The notes: a model not told the origin generated them from the letters alone. Counted from the first letter of the stretch, positions 35,703-45,347 are shown. The stretch: 51,576 nt of DNA from Candidatus Poribacteria bacterium (GCA_022567695.1 JADFGN010000001.1:1-51576), one strand, 5' to 3'. A program made the numbers and translations.

Positions 35703-36539
35703 ATGAAAATCGGAATTACTTCAGATCTTCACACCGATGTCACTCCGCTGAATACGCGGATACTCCCCTATATTGTCGAAGCGGCAGAGAAAGCCGATTT
35801 AGATCTTTTTATCCTCGCCGGGGATCTTTCGCCCGATCTCCTTGAACTCGCCAAAATCCTTACAGCGTTCACCGAATCGAGTCTTCAGTGTCCCAAACTA
35901 TTTGTCCCCGGTAATCACGACATTTGGGTCATTAAACATCCCCATGTGACAAGCGAACAGAAATACCGCGCAATCGCCGAGATCTGCCGTGAATGCGATT
36001 TCCATCCACTTGACGCTGAGCCTTTCGTTCAGGAGACCGTTGGCTTCTGTGGAACAATCGGTTGGTATGACTACTCATTTCGCCGCAAAAAGTATAACAT
36101 CTCGACGGAGAGATACGCCTCAAAACAGTTGCTCGGATCGATATGGAATGACGTACGTTATGCCAAATGGGAAGGGACAGACTCGGAAGTTGCCCAGCAG
36201 TTTGAGGTGAAGTTACAGGGACAGATCGACTCGATCAAAGACATCGTTTCTCAGATCATCGTCACAGTTCATCACGTGCCCTTCCAAGAGTGCGTCGTGT
36301 ATCGTGGCGAATTATCTTGGGACTTTTTTAGCGCATTTATGGGGAGCCGAAGGCTTGGAGAAATTTGCCTCGAAGAACCACTTGTCACGCATGTCCTCTT
36401 TGGTCATACACATTTTCCGATGCAACAGCAGATTGCAGATGTGAGAGCAATATGTTCCCCTATCGGTTATCTATATGAGTCGCCTACACAGGGCTTACTT
36501 TCCTATGCCAAAGAACGATTGACCTGTTTCGAAATCTGA
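35703..36539 (+). CDS. Calcineurin-like metallophosphoesterase
   Basis: Motifs are SDLH, AGDLSPD, PGNHD and FGHTH. Confidence 0.75.
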   Translation: MKIGITSDLHTDVTPLNTRILPYIVEAAEKADLDLFILAGDLSPDLLELAKILTAFTESSLQCPKLFVPGNHDIWVIKHPHVTSEQKYRAIAEICRECDFHPLDAEPFVQETVGFCGTIGWYDYSFRRKKYNISTERYASKQLLGSIWNDVRYAKWEGTDSEVAQQFEVKLQGQIDSIKDIVSQIIVTVHHVPFQECVVYRGELSWDFFSAFMGSRRLGEICLEEPLVTHVLFGHTHFPMQQQIADVRAICSPIGYLYESPTQGLLSYAKERLTCFEI

Positions 36540-36638
36540 CTCTTTTTATTGAAGATATGCTGAAAGATGCCGGAGGCAAAATGAACTCCTGATTACGCAT
36601 CGCAGCTAAATTGATCATCGACTAAAAAAGGAGATTGC

Positions 36639-37007
36639 ATGGACTCAGTAACACTTACTAATGTTAGCGAAGGCGAAGCCCTCGAATTCCCTTGGGGTGC
36701 GATAAAATGGCTGTGTAATGACCACATCCATCCAGAGGCCGAAATGACTTTCGGAATCGTTTACATCAACGCAGGTGAAGGCAATCCGCTTCACTACCAC
36801 CCGAATTGTGAAGAGCTGATTTATGTTTTGTCAGGACAGTGTGACCACCGACTTGGCGACGAAACCTTGCCCCTCAAAGAGGGCATGATGTTGCGCATTC
36901 CGCAAGGTATCAAACATAATGCTGTGAATACCGGTTGGCAACCCGTGACGATGGTTATCTGTTATTCCGCTGCTGACCGGCAGACCATTTTTTGCGAGGA
37001 TGAATAA
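36639..37007 (+). CDS. Cupin-domain protein
   Basis: The cupin motifs are GNPLHYHPNCEELIYVLSG and a downstream H (GIKHNAVN). An AGGAG SD lies upstream. Confidence 0.7.
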   Translation: MDSVTLTNVSEGEALEFPWGAIKWLCNDHIHPEAEMTFGIVYINAGEGNPLHYHPNCEELIYVLSGQCDHRLGDETLPLKEGMMLRIPQGIKHNAVNTGWQPVTMVICYSAADRQTIFCEDE

Positions 37008-37033
37008 CCTCACCGCCTTCCCACCCTTCACCT

Positions 37034-37058
37034 CGTTCCTACGCTCTGCGTAGGAACG
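37034..37058. repeat. Perfect 11-bp palindrome with 3-nt loop (CGTTCCTACGC tct GCGTAGGAACG)
   Basis: It lies between the cupin gene and trpF. It contains a GTAGG core like the other REP-like units and has no T-tract. Confidence 0.45.
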
Positions 37059-37093
37059 CATCCCGACATTCTGCGTTGCTAAAAGGAAGACGC

Positions 37094-37783
37094 ATGCCAA
37101 ATCCCTGTAAAGTTAAAATTTGCGGAACAACCAGCGTTACCGACGCCCAGATGGCGGCAGAGGCGGGAGCGGATTTCTCCGGAATCGTTGTCGAAGTGCC
37201 TTTCTCGGAGCGATCTGTTACGGTCGATCAAGCCACTGAAATCGCTCAACAAACGCCAATTCCGACCATTGTGTTGGTGTTCGATCGCTCGACCAATTGG
37301 GTACAATGGGCAACCGAGCAAATTAAGCCCTTTGCCATCCAGTTGCTTGGTCATGAAACGCCAGTCGAAGTTGCACAGCTCAAACAATTGGTATCATGCG
37401 AAATCTGGAGATCACTGTTTCTGCCGGTAGGTAGCAACCTCAAAGTTGATGTTAATCCCATTCTGGATGAAATGAAAGCACACATTGATGCAGGTGCCGA
37501 TGCCCTCCTATTCGACACTGCCGACTTCAGTTCAGGAAAAGTTCGATTTGGCGGAACCGGGAGAACTAGCGATTGGCACGCTGCCGCTCAATTAATCGAC
37601 GCCTGCGAAATTCCAGCGTTTCTGTCTGGAGGAATTCGCCCCGAGAATGTCAAGGCAGCGATTGAAGCTGTCGGACCGTATGGCATCGATCTCTGTTCAG
37701 GGGTCGAATCGACAAAAGGGGTACGCGATTTCAGAAAACTGAATCGGCTGATGCAGCAAGTAAAAGCGGTTTCGAGTTTATAA
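37094..37783 (+). CDS. trpF: Phosphoribosylanthranilate isomerase
   Basis: KICG, FSGIVV, QLLGHE, GGTG, FLSGGI and GIDLCSGVE follow the TrpF pattern. The ATG at 37094 has an AAGGAAG SD. Confidence 0.8.
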   Translation: MPNPCKVKICGTTSVTDAQMAAEAGADFSGIVVEVPFSERSVTVDQATEIAQQTPIPTIVLVFDRSTNWVQWATEQIKPFAIQLLGHETPVEVAQLKQLVSCEIWRSLFLPVGSNLKVDVNPILDEMKAHIDAGADALLFDTADFSSGKVRFGGTGRTSDWHAAAQLIDACEIPAFLSGGIRPENVKAAIEAVGPYGIDLCSGVESTKGVRDFRKLNRLMQQVKAVSSL

Positions 37784-37795
37784 AGGGTAGCAACT

Positions 37796-39268
37796 TCACT
37801 CCTGCTCCTTTATGTCCTCGTCCAATCCTTTCCGAATCCTTGTACTGTCTCGCAAATACACACTGATCGTTCGATCCATTGCTCTGGCAAAAACGGGAAA
37901 AGTTCGGATAAGTCGTCCCTTCCGCCGCACCCAATCACGGAAACCTTCTGCCGAATCGAAAACGCTGAAGTTCGCCGCGTCAATTACAAACCATACCCGT
38001 GCATCACCTGTTTCCCATTCCTTGTCAAAACCTTCCGTATCATCTATTATCGCTTTAGCCGCAATCGGTTCAATTTCTGGGAGATAATATCGGCACATGC
38101 GTGGTGCAGAAACAACTGCGCGATCGCCAGCCCGCATCTGTGACCGAATCGTTTCAAACGCTTCCCGCCATTTGGGGCGCCCACCGTTTTCCACACGAAA
38201 ATAGAGATAATTCTGAGACATCATTGTCGCAACGATTACGCATGGCAGCACATAACGGAATAGGCGCGGAATCTGCGTCGATCGCGAGATCTGTTCACAG
38301 CCCACAGCGGCAAGCAAAAAATAGGCAGGAGTTGTAAAAAATAGGTAATAGCCTGCAACATTGAGCAGGCGTGAAGCGATAAGGAACAGAGTAAGTGGTA
38401 TGCCAGCGTAACAGATCAGAAACCATTTCGCACGGTCTATTGGCTTTGTAAATGATGAAAAAAACGACGCTACCGCGAGTGGGACGCTCAATCCATATAC
38501 GAGGGTAAAGAGGATATAGACTGGGCTTCGCTGCCATTCGTTCAATCCCCAGCCTGAGAATAAATTGCGATGAACTTTCGGTAGGACGAGCAGAAGAATA
38601 GGCAATGCAAACGGGGTAAAGAAAACCAGCAGGTTACGCGGACGTATCCCAAGAGGGGGTTTCTGGGAACGATTGTCGAGTCGAAGTGGAATCCAGAAAC
38701 TTATCACATATCCAGCCAAAGCGGGGATGAGCATTACAGAGAGGAGATGGGATAAGACAAGGCAGAGCACAGAAACAAGCGAGCATCCTATAAGTAAGAG
38801 GCTATCTCGTTCTAGAGCAAGATAAAAGCTCCACGCCGTTAATGCAGCGAATAGAAAAGTAAGAGCATAAGACGCACGCGCATTCTGCGACCAAAAAATA
38901 TGCCAGTTTGAAAATGCCAGAAAGGCCGCAGCAAACAGCCCCACCCTTGCGTTAAAAAACGATCTCCCCATTAGAAAGAGCAACGGTAGGGAAATAATAC
39001 CAACCAAACAGGAAATGAAACGAGCACCCCATTCGTGTGTGCCCGCAATTGACATCGAGAATTTAACGGCGAGGTAAGGGAGTGGGTTGATACGAAAATC
39101 GCTTAATGCAAACTGTTGTGCATCAAGCACAGTAAACACTTCATCAATCCAAAAACTCCATGTGCCCAGATGCCAGAAGCGAAGCAGACTGCCGGCCAAG
39201 ATGATTGGAGTTAGCATCCAGATTGGATGGTCTGGGAGCTGAAATGAACGTGCTGATTTTTTTAGCAA
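37796..39268 (-). CDS. ArnT/PMT-type (GT39/GT83-like) integral-membrane glycosyltransferase
   Basis: 490 aa with about 11 TM segments followed by a soluble C-terminal domain. The N-terminal pattern is typical of dolichyl/undecaprenyl-phosphate-sugar transferases. Confidence 0.7.
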   Translation of the reverse strand: MLKKSARSFQLPDHPIWMLTPIILAGSLLRFWHLGTWSFWIDEVFTVLDAQQFALSDFRINPLPYLAVKFSMSIAGTHEWGARFISCLVGIISLPLLFLMGRSFFNARVGLFAAAFLAFSNWHIFWSQNARASYALTFLFAALTAWSFYLALERDSLLLIGCSLVSVLCLVLSHLLSVMLIPALAGYVISFWIPLRLDNRSQKPPLGIRPRNLLVFFTPFALPILLLVLPKVHRNLFSGWGLNEWQRSPVYILFTLVYGLSVPLAVASFFSSFTKPIDRAKWFLICYAGIPLTLFLIASRLLNVAGYYLFFTTPAYFLLAAVGCEQISRSTQIPRLFRYVLPCVIVATMMSQNYLYFRVENGGRPKWREAFETIRSQMRAGDRAVVSAPRMCRYYLPEIEPIAAKAIIDDTEGFDKEWETGDARVWFVIDAANFSVFDSAEGFRDWVRRKGRLIRTFPVFARAMDRTISVYLRDSTRIRKGLDEDIKEQE

Positions 39269-39575
39269 TTTCTTGATGAAAAATTCAGCAGAGCCACCGT
39301 ATAAATGGCGGGAAGGTTTAGAGGTTCACAATGGGTTGAATCGGCGGAAACCTTTGTGGATAGCGCAATCAATGAGACCGAAGACAATCATATAACCAGG
39401 AACTTAGTCATGGCATATATATTGCTTTTTTGCTTTTTAGTGAAATTCTTGGGCTGGTAATCTACATCCATTATATCATGGAATAGAAAGAATCACAATC
39501 AAGATTTCACTGAAACACGTTACAAGGACATTCCATTTTTGGAAACTCAATACATGCTTGAGATGGAGGATTGCG

Positions 39576-41021
39576 ATGCAACAATATGATACATCAAGAT
39601 GTGAGAAACACATAGGGCAACACAGAAAATCTTCAAGAAACAGGTCCAAAGGTATTTTGGGAACACTGTTGATATTGATTATCTTAGTTCTGCCAACACT
39701 TGCTTCGGCGCAGGATGCGTCTCCTTGGACAACTGATGTTGCAGTTGATACACTGTGGGTACTTGTTGCCGGGATGTTGGTTTTCTTCATGAACACCGGC
39801 TTCGGATGTGTCGAATCTGGTTTCTGCCGGTCCAAGAACACCGTGAACATTCTGGGAAAGAATTTCGTCGTGTTTGGAATTGCTTCGGTGGCATTCTGGA
39901 TTGTCGGGTGGGCACTCATGTTTGGAGATGGAAACGGTTTCATCGGCACCAAAGGTTTTCTGCTTGGCGGTGCTGATAATAGTCCGGTGACGGGAGATGC
40001 GTATCAAGGCATTTTTGGCGCAATTAACTGGACAGGTGTTCCACTGATGGCAAAGTTCTTCTTCCAACTGGTATTCGCCGGAACAGCAGCGACGATTGTT
40101 TCCGGGTGTGTCGCAGAACGCATTCACTATAAGTCTTTCATGATCTTCAGCTTTGTCCTCGTCGCGGTTAGCTATCCAATTACCGGGCACTGGATTTGGG
40201 GCGGTGGCTGGTTAGATAGTCTGGGAATGAGGGATTTTGCCGGATCAACAGTTGTGCATTCGGTCGGTGGTTGGGCAGGGCTTGCAGGTATTTTGCTACT
40301 TGGTCCAAGAATCGGCAAATACCGCAAAGATGGTTCTGTTCAACCTATTCCCGGTCATAGCATGGCACTTGCTTTTCTCGGCGGGATGATTCTCTGGTTA
40401 GGCTGGTTTGGGTTTAATCCAGGCAGCACAATGGGAATTTCGGGGACGGGTGCTAAAGCCGTGTCTCACGTAGTCGTCACGACCAATATCGCTTGTGCAT
40501 TCGGGCTACTTGTCGCAACGATTGTATCGTGGATTGTTGTTGGAAAACCTGATTTTAGTATGACTGTGAACGGTGCGCTCGCGGGCCTTGTCGCCATCAC
40601 AGCTCCCTGTGCATTCGTCAGTCCAGTTGCGGCTGCTATTATCGGTGCTATCGCTGGTGTTTTGGTTGTCTTCGGCGTACTCTTCTTCGATAAATTGAGG
40701 ATTGACGATCCTGTCGGTGCCCTATCCGTTCACTTGATTAACGGTATTTGGGGAACGTTGAGCATAGGGCTTTTTGCCAAGCAAAGCATGCCGGGAGAAA
40801 TTTATGCAGACGGACTTTTTTACGGCGGCGGACCGAGTTTACTCGGAAAGCAGTTCCTCGGTGTAATCGCCGTTGGTGCATTTACATTCGTCTTGTCGAT
40901 TGTTGTGTGGAGAATTATTAAAGCGATCTTCGGACTGCGAGTTGACGAGGAAGATGAAGTGACTGGCCTGGACATCAGCGAGATGGGTATGGAAGCCTAT
41001 CCTCGTGAAGGTCAAATCTAA
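39576..41021 (+). CDS. amtB: Ammonium transporter
   Basis: ATG at 39576 with a GGAGGA SD. It has a signal peptide, and the Amt motifs FFMNTGFGCVESG and VHSVGGWAGLAG. Confidence 0.9.
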   Translation: MQQYDTSRCEKHIGQHRKSSRNRSKGILGTLLILIILVLPTLASAQDASPWTTDVAVDTLWVLVAGMLVFFMNTGFGCVESGFCRSKNTVNILGKNFVVFGIASVAFWIVGWALMFGDGNGFIGTKGFLLGGADNSPVTGDAYQGIFGAINWTGVPLMAKFFFQLVFAGTAATIVSGCVAERIHYKSFMIFSFVLVAVSYPITGHWIWGGGWLDSLGMRDFAGSTVVHSVGGWAGLAGILLLGPRIGKYRKDGSVQPIPGHSMALAFLGGMILWLGWFGFNPGSTMGISGTGAKAVSHVVVTTNIACAFGLLVATIVSWIVVGKPDFSMTVNGALAGLVAITAPCAFVSPVAAAIIGAIAGVLVVFGVLFFDKLRIDDPVGALSVHLINGIWGTLSIGLFAKQSMPGEIYADGLFYGGGPSLLGKQFLGVIAVGAFTFVLSIVVWRIIKAIFGLRVDEEDEVTGLDISEMGMEAYPREGQI

Positions 41022-41166
41022 TACCGGGTCAATTCTCGAATGGCTCTTTAATTGGAAATTGAGGCGTTCGCTGGATTTGCTCTGTTAGCGTACTGGTGAA
41101 CGCTCGGCCCCCGGGATTGCAAAATATTTAAAGTTTACTCTAAGCCTACCGAAAGTCTAAAGATAA

Positions 41167-41568
<402 letters not shown>

Positions 41569-41600
41569 TTCTACGTGTTTGTCGATATGTATTGAATGAA

Positions 41601-41644
41601 ACGTGAGACGTGAAGAGGATGTGCAAGATTTTCACGTCTCACGT
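41601..41644 (+). terminator. 14-bp hairpin after glnK, overlapping the 3' end of the convergent gene
   Basis: ACGTGAGACGTGAA (41601-41614) pairs with TTCACGTCTCACGT (41631-41644), followed by CGTGTTTT. Confidence 0.5.
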
Positions 41645-42604
41645 CGTGTTTTGAACTGGCTCAACTTGACCGGTTGCCATAGATCGATTTGCTGCAATTG
41701 TCACAGCAAGTGTCTTGACTGCATCCGCGTATGATGATCGAACAAGCGCTTGATTATTCGATTCAACGGCTTGTATAAAATGCTCAATCTGACGGTAGTA
41801 CCCCGCCTCAACACCATCATATTCGATATTTTTCCCATCCACTTGTCCACGCAATTTTAGATCGAGCGAGAGCTTCAGATAAAGATCGTTGCCAACCAAT
41901 TCTGCCGCGAAATTATCCTGTGCCTGTGCGACACAGGTACTCGTGACATTACCGACGGCACCACTCTCAAATTGAAGATTGCACACCGTACATTCCTCAA
42001 AGTCAGCAATTGACCCGGACACATCTTTAACTCCATATGCGCTCACGTATGCCACGTCACCGAGAAAACAGCGTAGCAGATCGAATACGTGCGTGCTTTG
42101 CTCTAGCATTTGTCCACCGCTCACAGTGAATTTACCCCACCACGGATGACTTGCGCCCATACGACAGAGGAATCTTCCGAAGCCCATTGCGAGGTGGCGA
42201 TCTCCGATCACCTCCCGTGTTTTTTGCGTGAGGTCACTGTACCGCGCCATGTAGCCGACTTGGTTAATGACCCCGACGGCTGAGATTGCATCATGCGTAC
42301 GTCGAGCGACCTCCAGATCAGTTGCAACAGGTTTTGCAACGAACACCGCCGCGCCTGATCTGGCTGCGTCGGAAACCTGTGTGGTATGCGCACCAGGAGG
42401 AATGCAGATGAATACCGCATCAGGTTTTTCCTTCTGCAACATCTCCTTGTGGTCCGCGTAAGGGTGGGCATTTTCTTCCACCGCAATTTGGCTTGCGCGT
42501 GAGCCGTTGATATCACACACCGCTGCAATCAGGCGTTCGAGTTGCTTCAAGCTCCGTCGATAGTTATTGGCGATTCCGCCGACACCGATAAAAGCAATTT
42601 TCAT
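41639..42604 (-). CDS. Gfo/Idh/MocA-family oxidoreductase
   Basis: The N-terminal Rossmann motif is MKIAFIGVGGIANNY. The length of 321 aa is typical. Confidence 0.8.
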   Translation of the reverse strand: MKIAFIGVGGIANNYRRSLKQLERLIAAVCDINGSRASQIAVEENAHPYADHKEMLQKEKPDAVFICIPPGAHTTQVSDAARSGAAVFVAKPVATDLEVARRTHDAISAVGVINQVGYMARYSDLTQKTREVIGDRHLAMGFGRFLCRMGASHPWWGKFTVSGGQMLEQSTHVFDLLRCFLGDVAYVSAYGVKDVSGSIADFEECTVCNLQFESGAVGNVTSTCVAQAQDNFAAELVGNDLYLKLSLDLKLRGQVDGKNIEYDGVEAGYYRQIEHFIQAVESNNQALVRSSYADAVKTLAVTIAANRSMATGQVEPVQNTT

Positions 42605-42834
42605 GGACGTTGTTTTCTCCTACAAAGCATTAAATGGTCATCTCGCAACTGCCTTCGCTAAAAGATAAGTCATTATCGAACATTTTGAAGACCGTCGAAA
42701 AATAGACAAAAGTATACACTTTTGAAATAAATAGACACTCCCAAGCACTTGACAATTCCACAGGAGGAGTTAGAAAGGTTGTTTGGAATGGTGTTGTAAG
42801 TGTAGCAGAATTCATCTTACAAATCAACTCGAAA

Positions 42835-42862
42835 GTAGGGGCGAGGCATGCCTCGCCCCTAC
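42835..42862. repeat. REP-like palindrome, family B (GTAGGGGCGAGGCATGCCTCGCCCCTAC)
   Basis: A perfect 28-nt palindrome. Its right half is partly duplicated at 42862-42883. A second copy is at 45402-45429. Confidence 0.65.
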
Positions 42863-43170
42863 TCGAAAGGCATGCCTCGCCCGAAATGTAGGAGTTATTT
42901 CGTAGCCATTCCTTAACTCCCCAAGATGCACGCTAAATGAACAGCTGCTTGCTGATCTCCCTCCGGCCAACTGTGCTGTGCTAATGCGTCAGTATGTGTG
43001 TGACCATCCCGCACACTTCCTTTATATCTTTTCAACCGTCCCAAGAAGATCTGTTTCCGGATTAAATTCCATGCAGGTTTGATTAAGTGGTATTCGGGCT
43101 TCCCAAGAATGAATATCGGTATTTAAACATCTGGTGTGAGTTTTCTCAGATCCATTGATGATAAGGGTTT

Positions 43171-43210
43171 GTAGTTGCCCAATTTCTGTTTTTGAAAACT
43201 TAATTGGGTA
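43171..43210 (+). repeat. REP-like unit with GTAGTTGCCC head
   Basis: GTAGTTGCCCAATT...AATTGGGTAA. The same head occurs at 43946-43955 and, on the minus strand, at 43306-43315. Confidence 0.45.
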
Positions 43211-43275
43211 ATCGGACTTCTCAAACCCTTGTGCCACCGACGGGCAGGGCCTTTATCACCAAAGCCCAATGAATT

Positions 43276-43315
43276 GCGTGAGGTCTGTCCTCCCACCCGA
43301 AGGGCGGGCAACTAC
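43276..43315 (-). repeat. REP-like unit (minus strand GTAGTTGCCCGCCCTTCGGGTGGG...ACAGACCTCACGC)
   Basis: The hairpin CCCGCCC-ttc-GGGTGGG has a G-U pair only on the minus strand. It shares GCGYGAGGTCTGT and CCCACCCGAAGGG with 51331-51423. Confidence 0.45.
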
Positions 43316-43690
43316 GGTCGTAATTCACACCAAGCGTTCAAGATTGCGGAATTCTGAGGTCATCATAGATAGCCGACATATTTAGATACGCTTCGCTGCA
43401 AAGGCTTGCAAGCATTCTTTACGACATCAGCCTATCGAATATTCCCCTTGAAGGGATTGGGTTTTGATAACTACACCATTCTAGTCTAAGGGCGGAAGCA
43501 TTGTCCGCCCCTAGTTTGCGCTACCGTCCGATATGCCCGAAAGATGGCGATCAAGCACAGGCTAGTGGAATGACAACCACCCTAGCAGTCATTTTCATCT
43601 ATTGCAATCTCAAGGTTTTCAAGGCACCCCAAGTGGCTGTGGCTTTATCTCTAGGGCTGACGGCGAAAGTGTCCATTCCGAAGTTTTTAA

Positions 43691-43802
43691 GTAACCGTTC
43701 AGCCACCATAGACATTCTTGGCTCGTAGTAACGACTTGAGTCGTTCATAGCTGGCCGGAACGACTCAAGTCGTCACTACAGTGCTACCCCCTGAACGGTT
43801 AC
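43691..43802. mobile_element. MITE-like 112-bp element: 12-bp perfect TIRs, 8-bp TSD, family-A REP core
   Basis: The TIRs are GTAACCGTTCAG (43691-43702) and CTGAACGGTTAC (43791-43802). They are flanked by direct GTTTTTAA repeats (43683-43690 and 43803-43810). The interior carries the GTAGTAACGACTTGAGTCGTT...AACGACTCAAGTCGTCACTAC palindrome (43725-43779). Confidence 0.45.
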
Positions 43803-43876
43803 GTTTTTAACTACTGTTAGGCGACATCTTAGCATAATCCCCTCAGACTATCAAACTATTTCTACTCCACTTGCGC

Positions 43877-43905
43877 GTGACAAATCAACACAACTATGGT
43901 ATACT
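43877..43905 (+). promoter_or_regulatory. Candidate promoter GTGACA-17-TGgTATACT for the GT2 gene
   Basis: GTGACAaatcaacacaactatggTATACT, about 180 nt upstream of the ATG at 44086. Confidence 0.4.
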
Positions 43906-44085
43906 CTACCTCAACAATGTTAAACGTTTGGCGTGGATTATCTCTGTAGTTGCCCGGTTATGAGGATAAAAAAATAATTGGGTAATTATAATGGCGTGGC
44001 CCGCTACAGCGGATTGGCTACCTTCCGTCTCATTTTCTTTTCCTTCCCGCCTGCATCCTTTTCCTAACTGGCAAGTGAGGTTACA

Positions 44086-45225
44086 ATGACTCCCGGATTG
44101 GTTTCAGTGATTATCCCAACTTATGATCGTCCCGAGTATTTGCCCCAGGCAGTGGAAAGTGTCCTCACTCAAACCTATTCCTCCGTCGAAATCGTCATCA
44201 TCGACGACGGCTCTGAGGATGGTGGTGCAACGACAAGAGAAGTCCTAAAGCCGTACCTCTCTCTAGATTCGCCCAAAGTCACCTATCTTTATCAAAAGAA
44301 CAGCGGCGTTGGCCCCGCTGTGAATCGAGGGTTGTCACTCGCACAGGGAGAATATATCCAACGTCTCGATGACGATGATCGGCTTTTGCCTGAAAAGATT
44401 GCACGGTCCATCGAAGTTTTTCAAGAACAGCCGAAACTTGGGTTGGTCGCCACCGGTTATCATCACATTGATTCTGAAGGAAAACGCATTCACACAGGTA
44501 GTCCCTGCCCGTGTCCCGGCCCCGCCCGTTTGCTAAATATGCTGATGAGTTGTGTTACTACTTGCGCAGGAGTATTGGTGCGTTCTCTCGTCCACCAGAA
44601 GGTTGGTGTGTACCGAGATATCAGGGCACAGGATTATGAAATGTGGATTCGAATTTCACAAGAATATGACATCGAAACAATTGATGAACCTTTGGTGGAA
44701 TATCGACTACACCAAGGAAATATAAGCCGCAACAACCAACGGAATATGGAACGGGACAGAATTCGCTTTATTTCTGAGTATTTACAATCGACTCCGCTTG
44801 ATGTTCTCATCCCACGTCTTCAGTCTGAACCACACGGCCATGCGATACGAGCAGGTGTATGGTTACTGAAAAATGGAGGATATATCAAGACGACAGGTGC
44901 AGCAAAGGCAGAACTGGAAAAAGCACTCCAATTGCTGCCGAAAGACCCACTGCTTTCGCTCTGGAAAGGCGTATTGGCGGTCTGCGGAGACGAGAGCCTT
45001 CGACCACTTCCATGGGAGGAAGATTTGCCTGCGGTGTACCAAGCGAAAGCTGAGGCTTTGTCTCGTTGTCTCCGTGAACACAAACGGCTTGCCGCTAAGA
45101 AACTGCATCCGTCGATGCCGGAGATGGTTGCCTTTCGGAAACAATTTGGAAGCCTTCATTCGGCATTGATTCAGGAGACGTTCAAAAAAGCAATTGGGAA
45201 AGGACATGGTTCAAAAACGGGTTGA
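44086..45225 (+). CDS. Family 2 glycosyltransferase
   Basis: The N-terminus VSVIIPTYDRPEYLPQAVESVLTQTY..EIVIIDDGSED is a GT-A fold with a DxD context. There is a C-terminal extension of about 150 aa. Confidence 0.8.
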   Translation: MTPGLVSVIIPTYDRPEYLPQAVESVLTQTYSSVEIVIIDDGSEDGGATTREVLKPYLSLDSPKVTYLYQKNSGVGPAVNRGLSLAQGEYIQRLDDDDRLLPEKIARSIEVFQEQPKLGLVATGYHHIDSEGKRIHTGSPCPCPGPARLLNMLMSCVTTCAGVLVRSLVHQKVGVYRDIRAQDYEMWIRISQEYDIETIDEPLVEYRLHQGNISRNNQRNMERDRIRFISEYLQSTPLDVLIPRLQSEPHGHAIRAGVWLLKNGGYIKTTGAAKAELEKALQLLPKDPLLSLWKGVLAVCGDESLRPLPWEEDLPAVYQAKAEALSRCLREHKRLAAKKLHPSMPEMVAFRKQFGSLHSALIQETFKKAIGKGHGSKTG

Positions 45226-45273
45226 TACTTTGGTTTGAAAATGCGGATAATTTGCTATCTGAAGGGCAAAAGA

Positions 45274-45347
45274 GATACAAGATACAGGATTCAGGATTCA
45301 CCGCGCTATGCAGGATCTCGCTTCGCTAGAGACTTGTATCTTGTATC
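45274..45347. repeat. 13-bp inverted repeat hairpin (GATACAAGATACA ... TGTATCTTGTATC)
   Basis: The arms are at 45274-45286 and 45335-45347. The left arm belongs to the repeat also seen at 27934-27978. A CCCCGAtagaTCGGGG hairpin follows. Confidence 0.45.

Noticed and set aside
39500-39575. Sigma54 (-24/-12) or NtcA-type (GTA-N8-TAC) promoter upstream of amtB
   Set aside because: TGGAAActcaatacaTGC has the wrong GG-GC spacing (15 rather than about 11 nt). I found no GTA-N8-TAC box.
41064-41103. Glutamine (glnA-type) riboswitch in the amtB-glnK spacer
   Set aside because: The hairpin GCGTTC...GAACGC recalls the CGUUC/GAACG P1 of the glnA RNA and sits in a nitrogen operon. However, the conserved internal GGAAGUAG and AAGGAACG elements are missing and the loop is too short.
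43022-43728. ORFs of 62-75 aa in the gene desert (43022-43237, 43123-43311, 43501-43728)
   Set aside because: They have no SD and no recognisable motifs. They overlap each other or the REP units. In particular there is no HUH/Y1 transposase signature that would indicate a RAYT.
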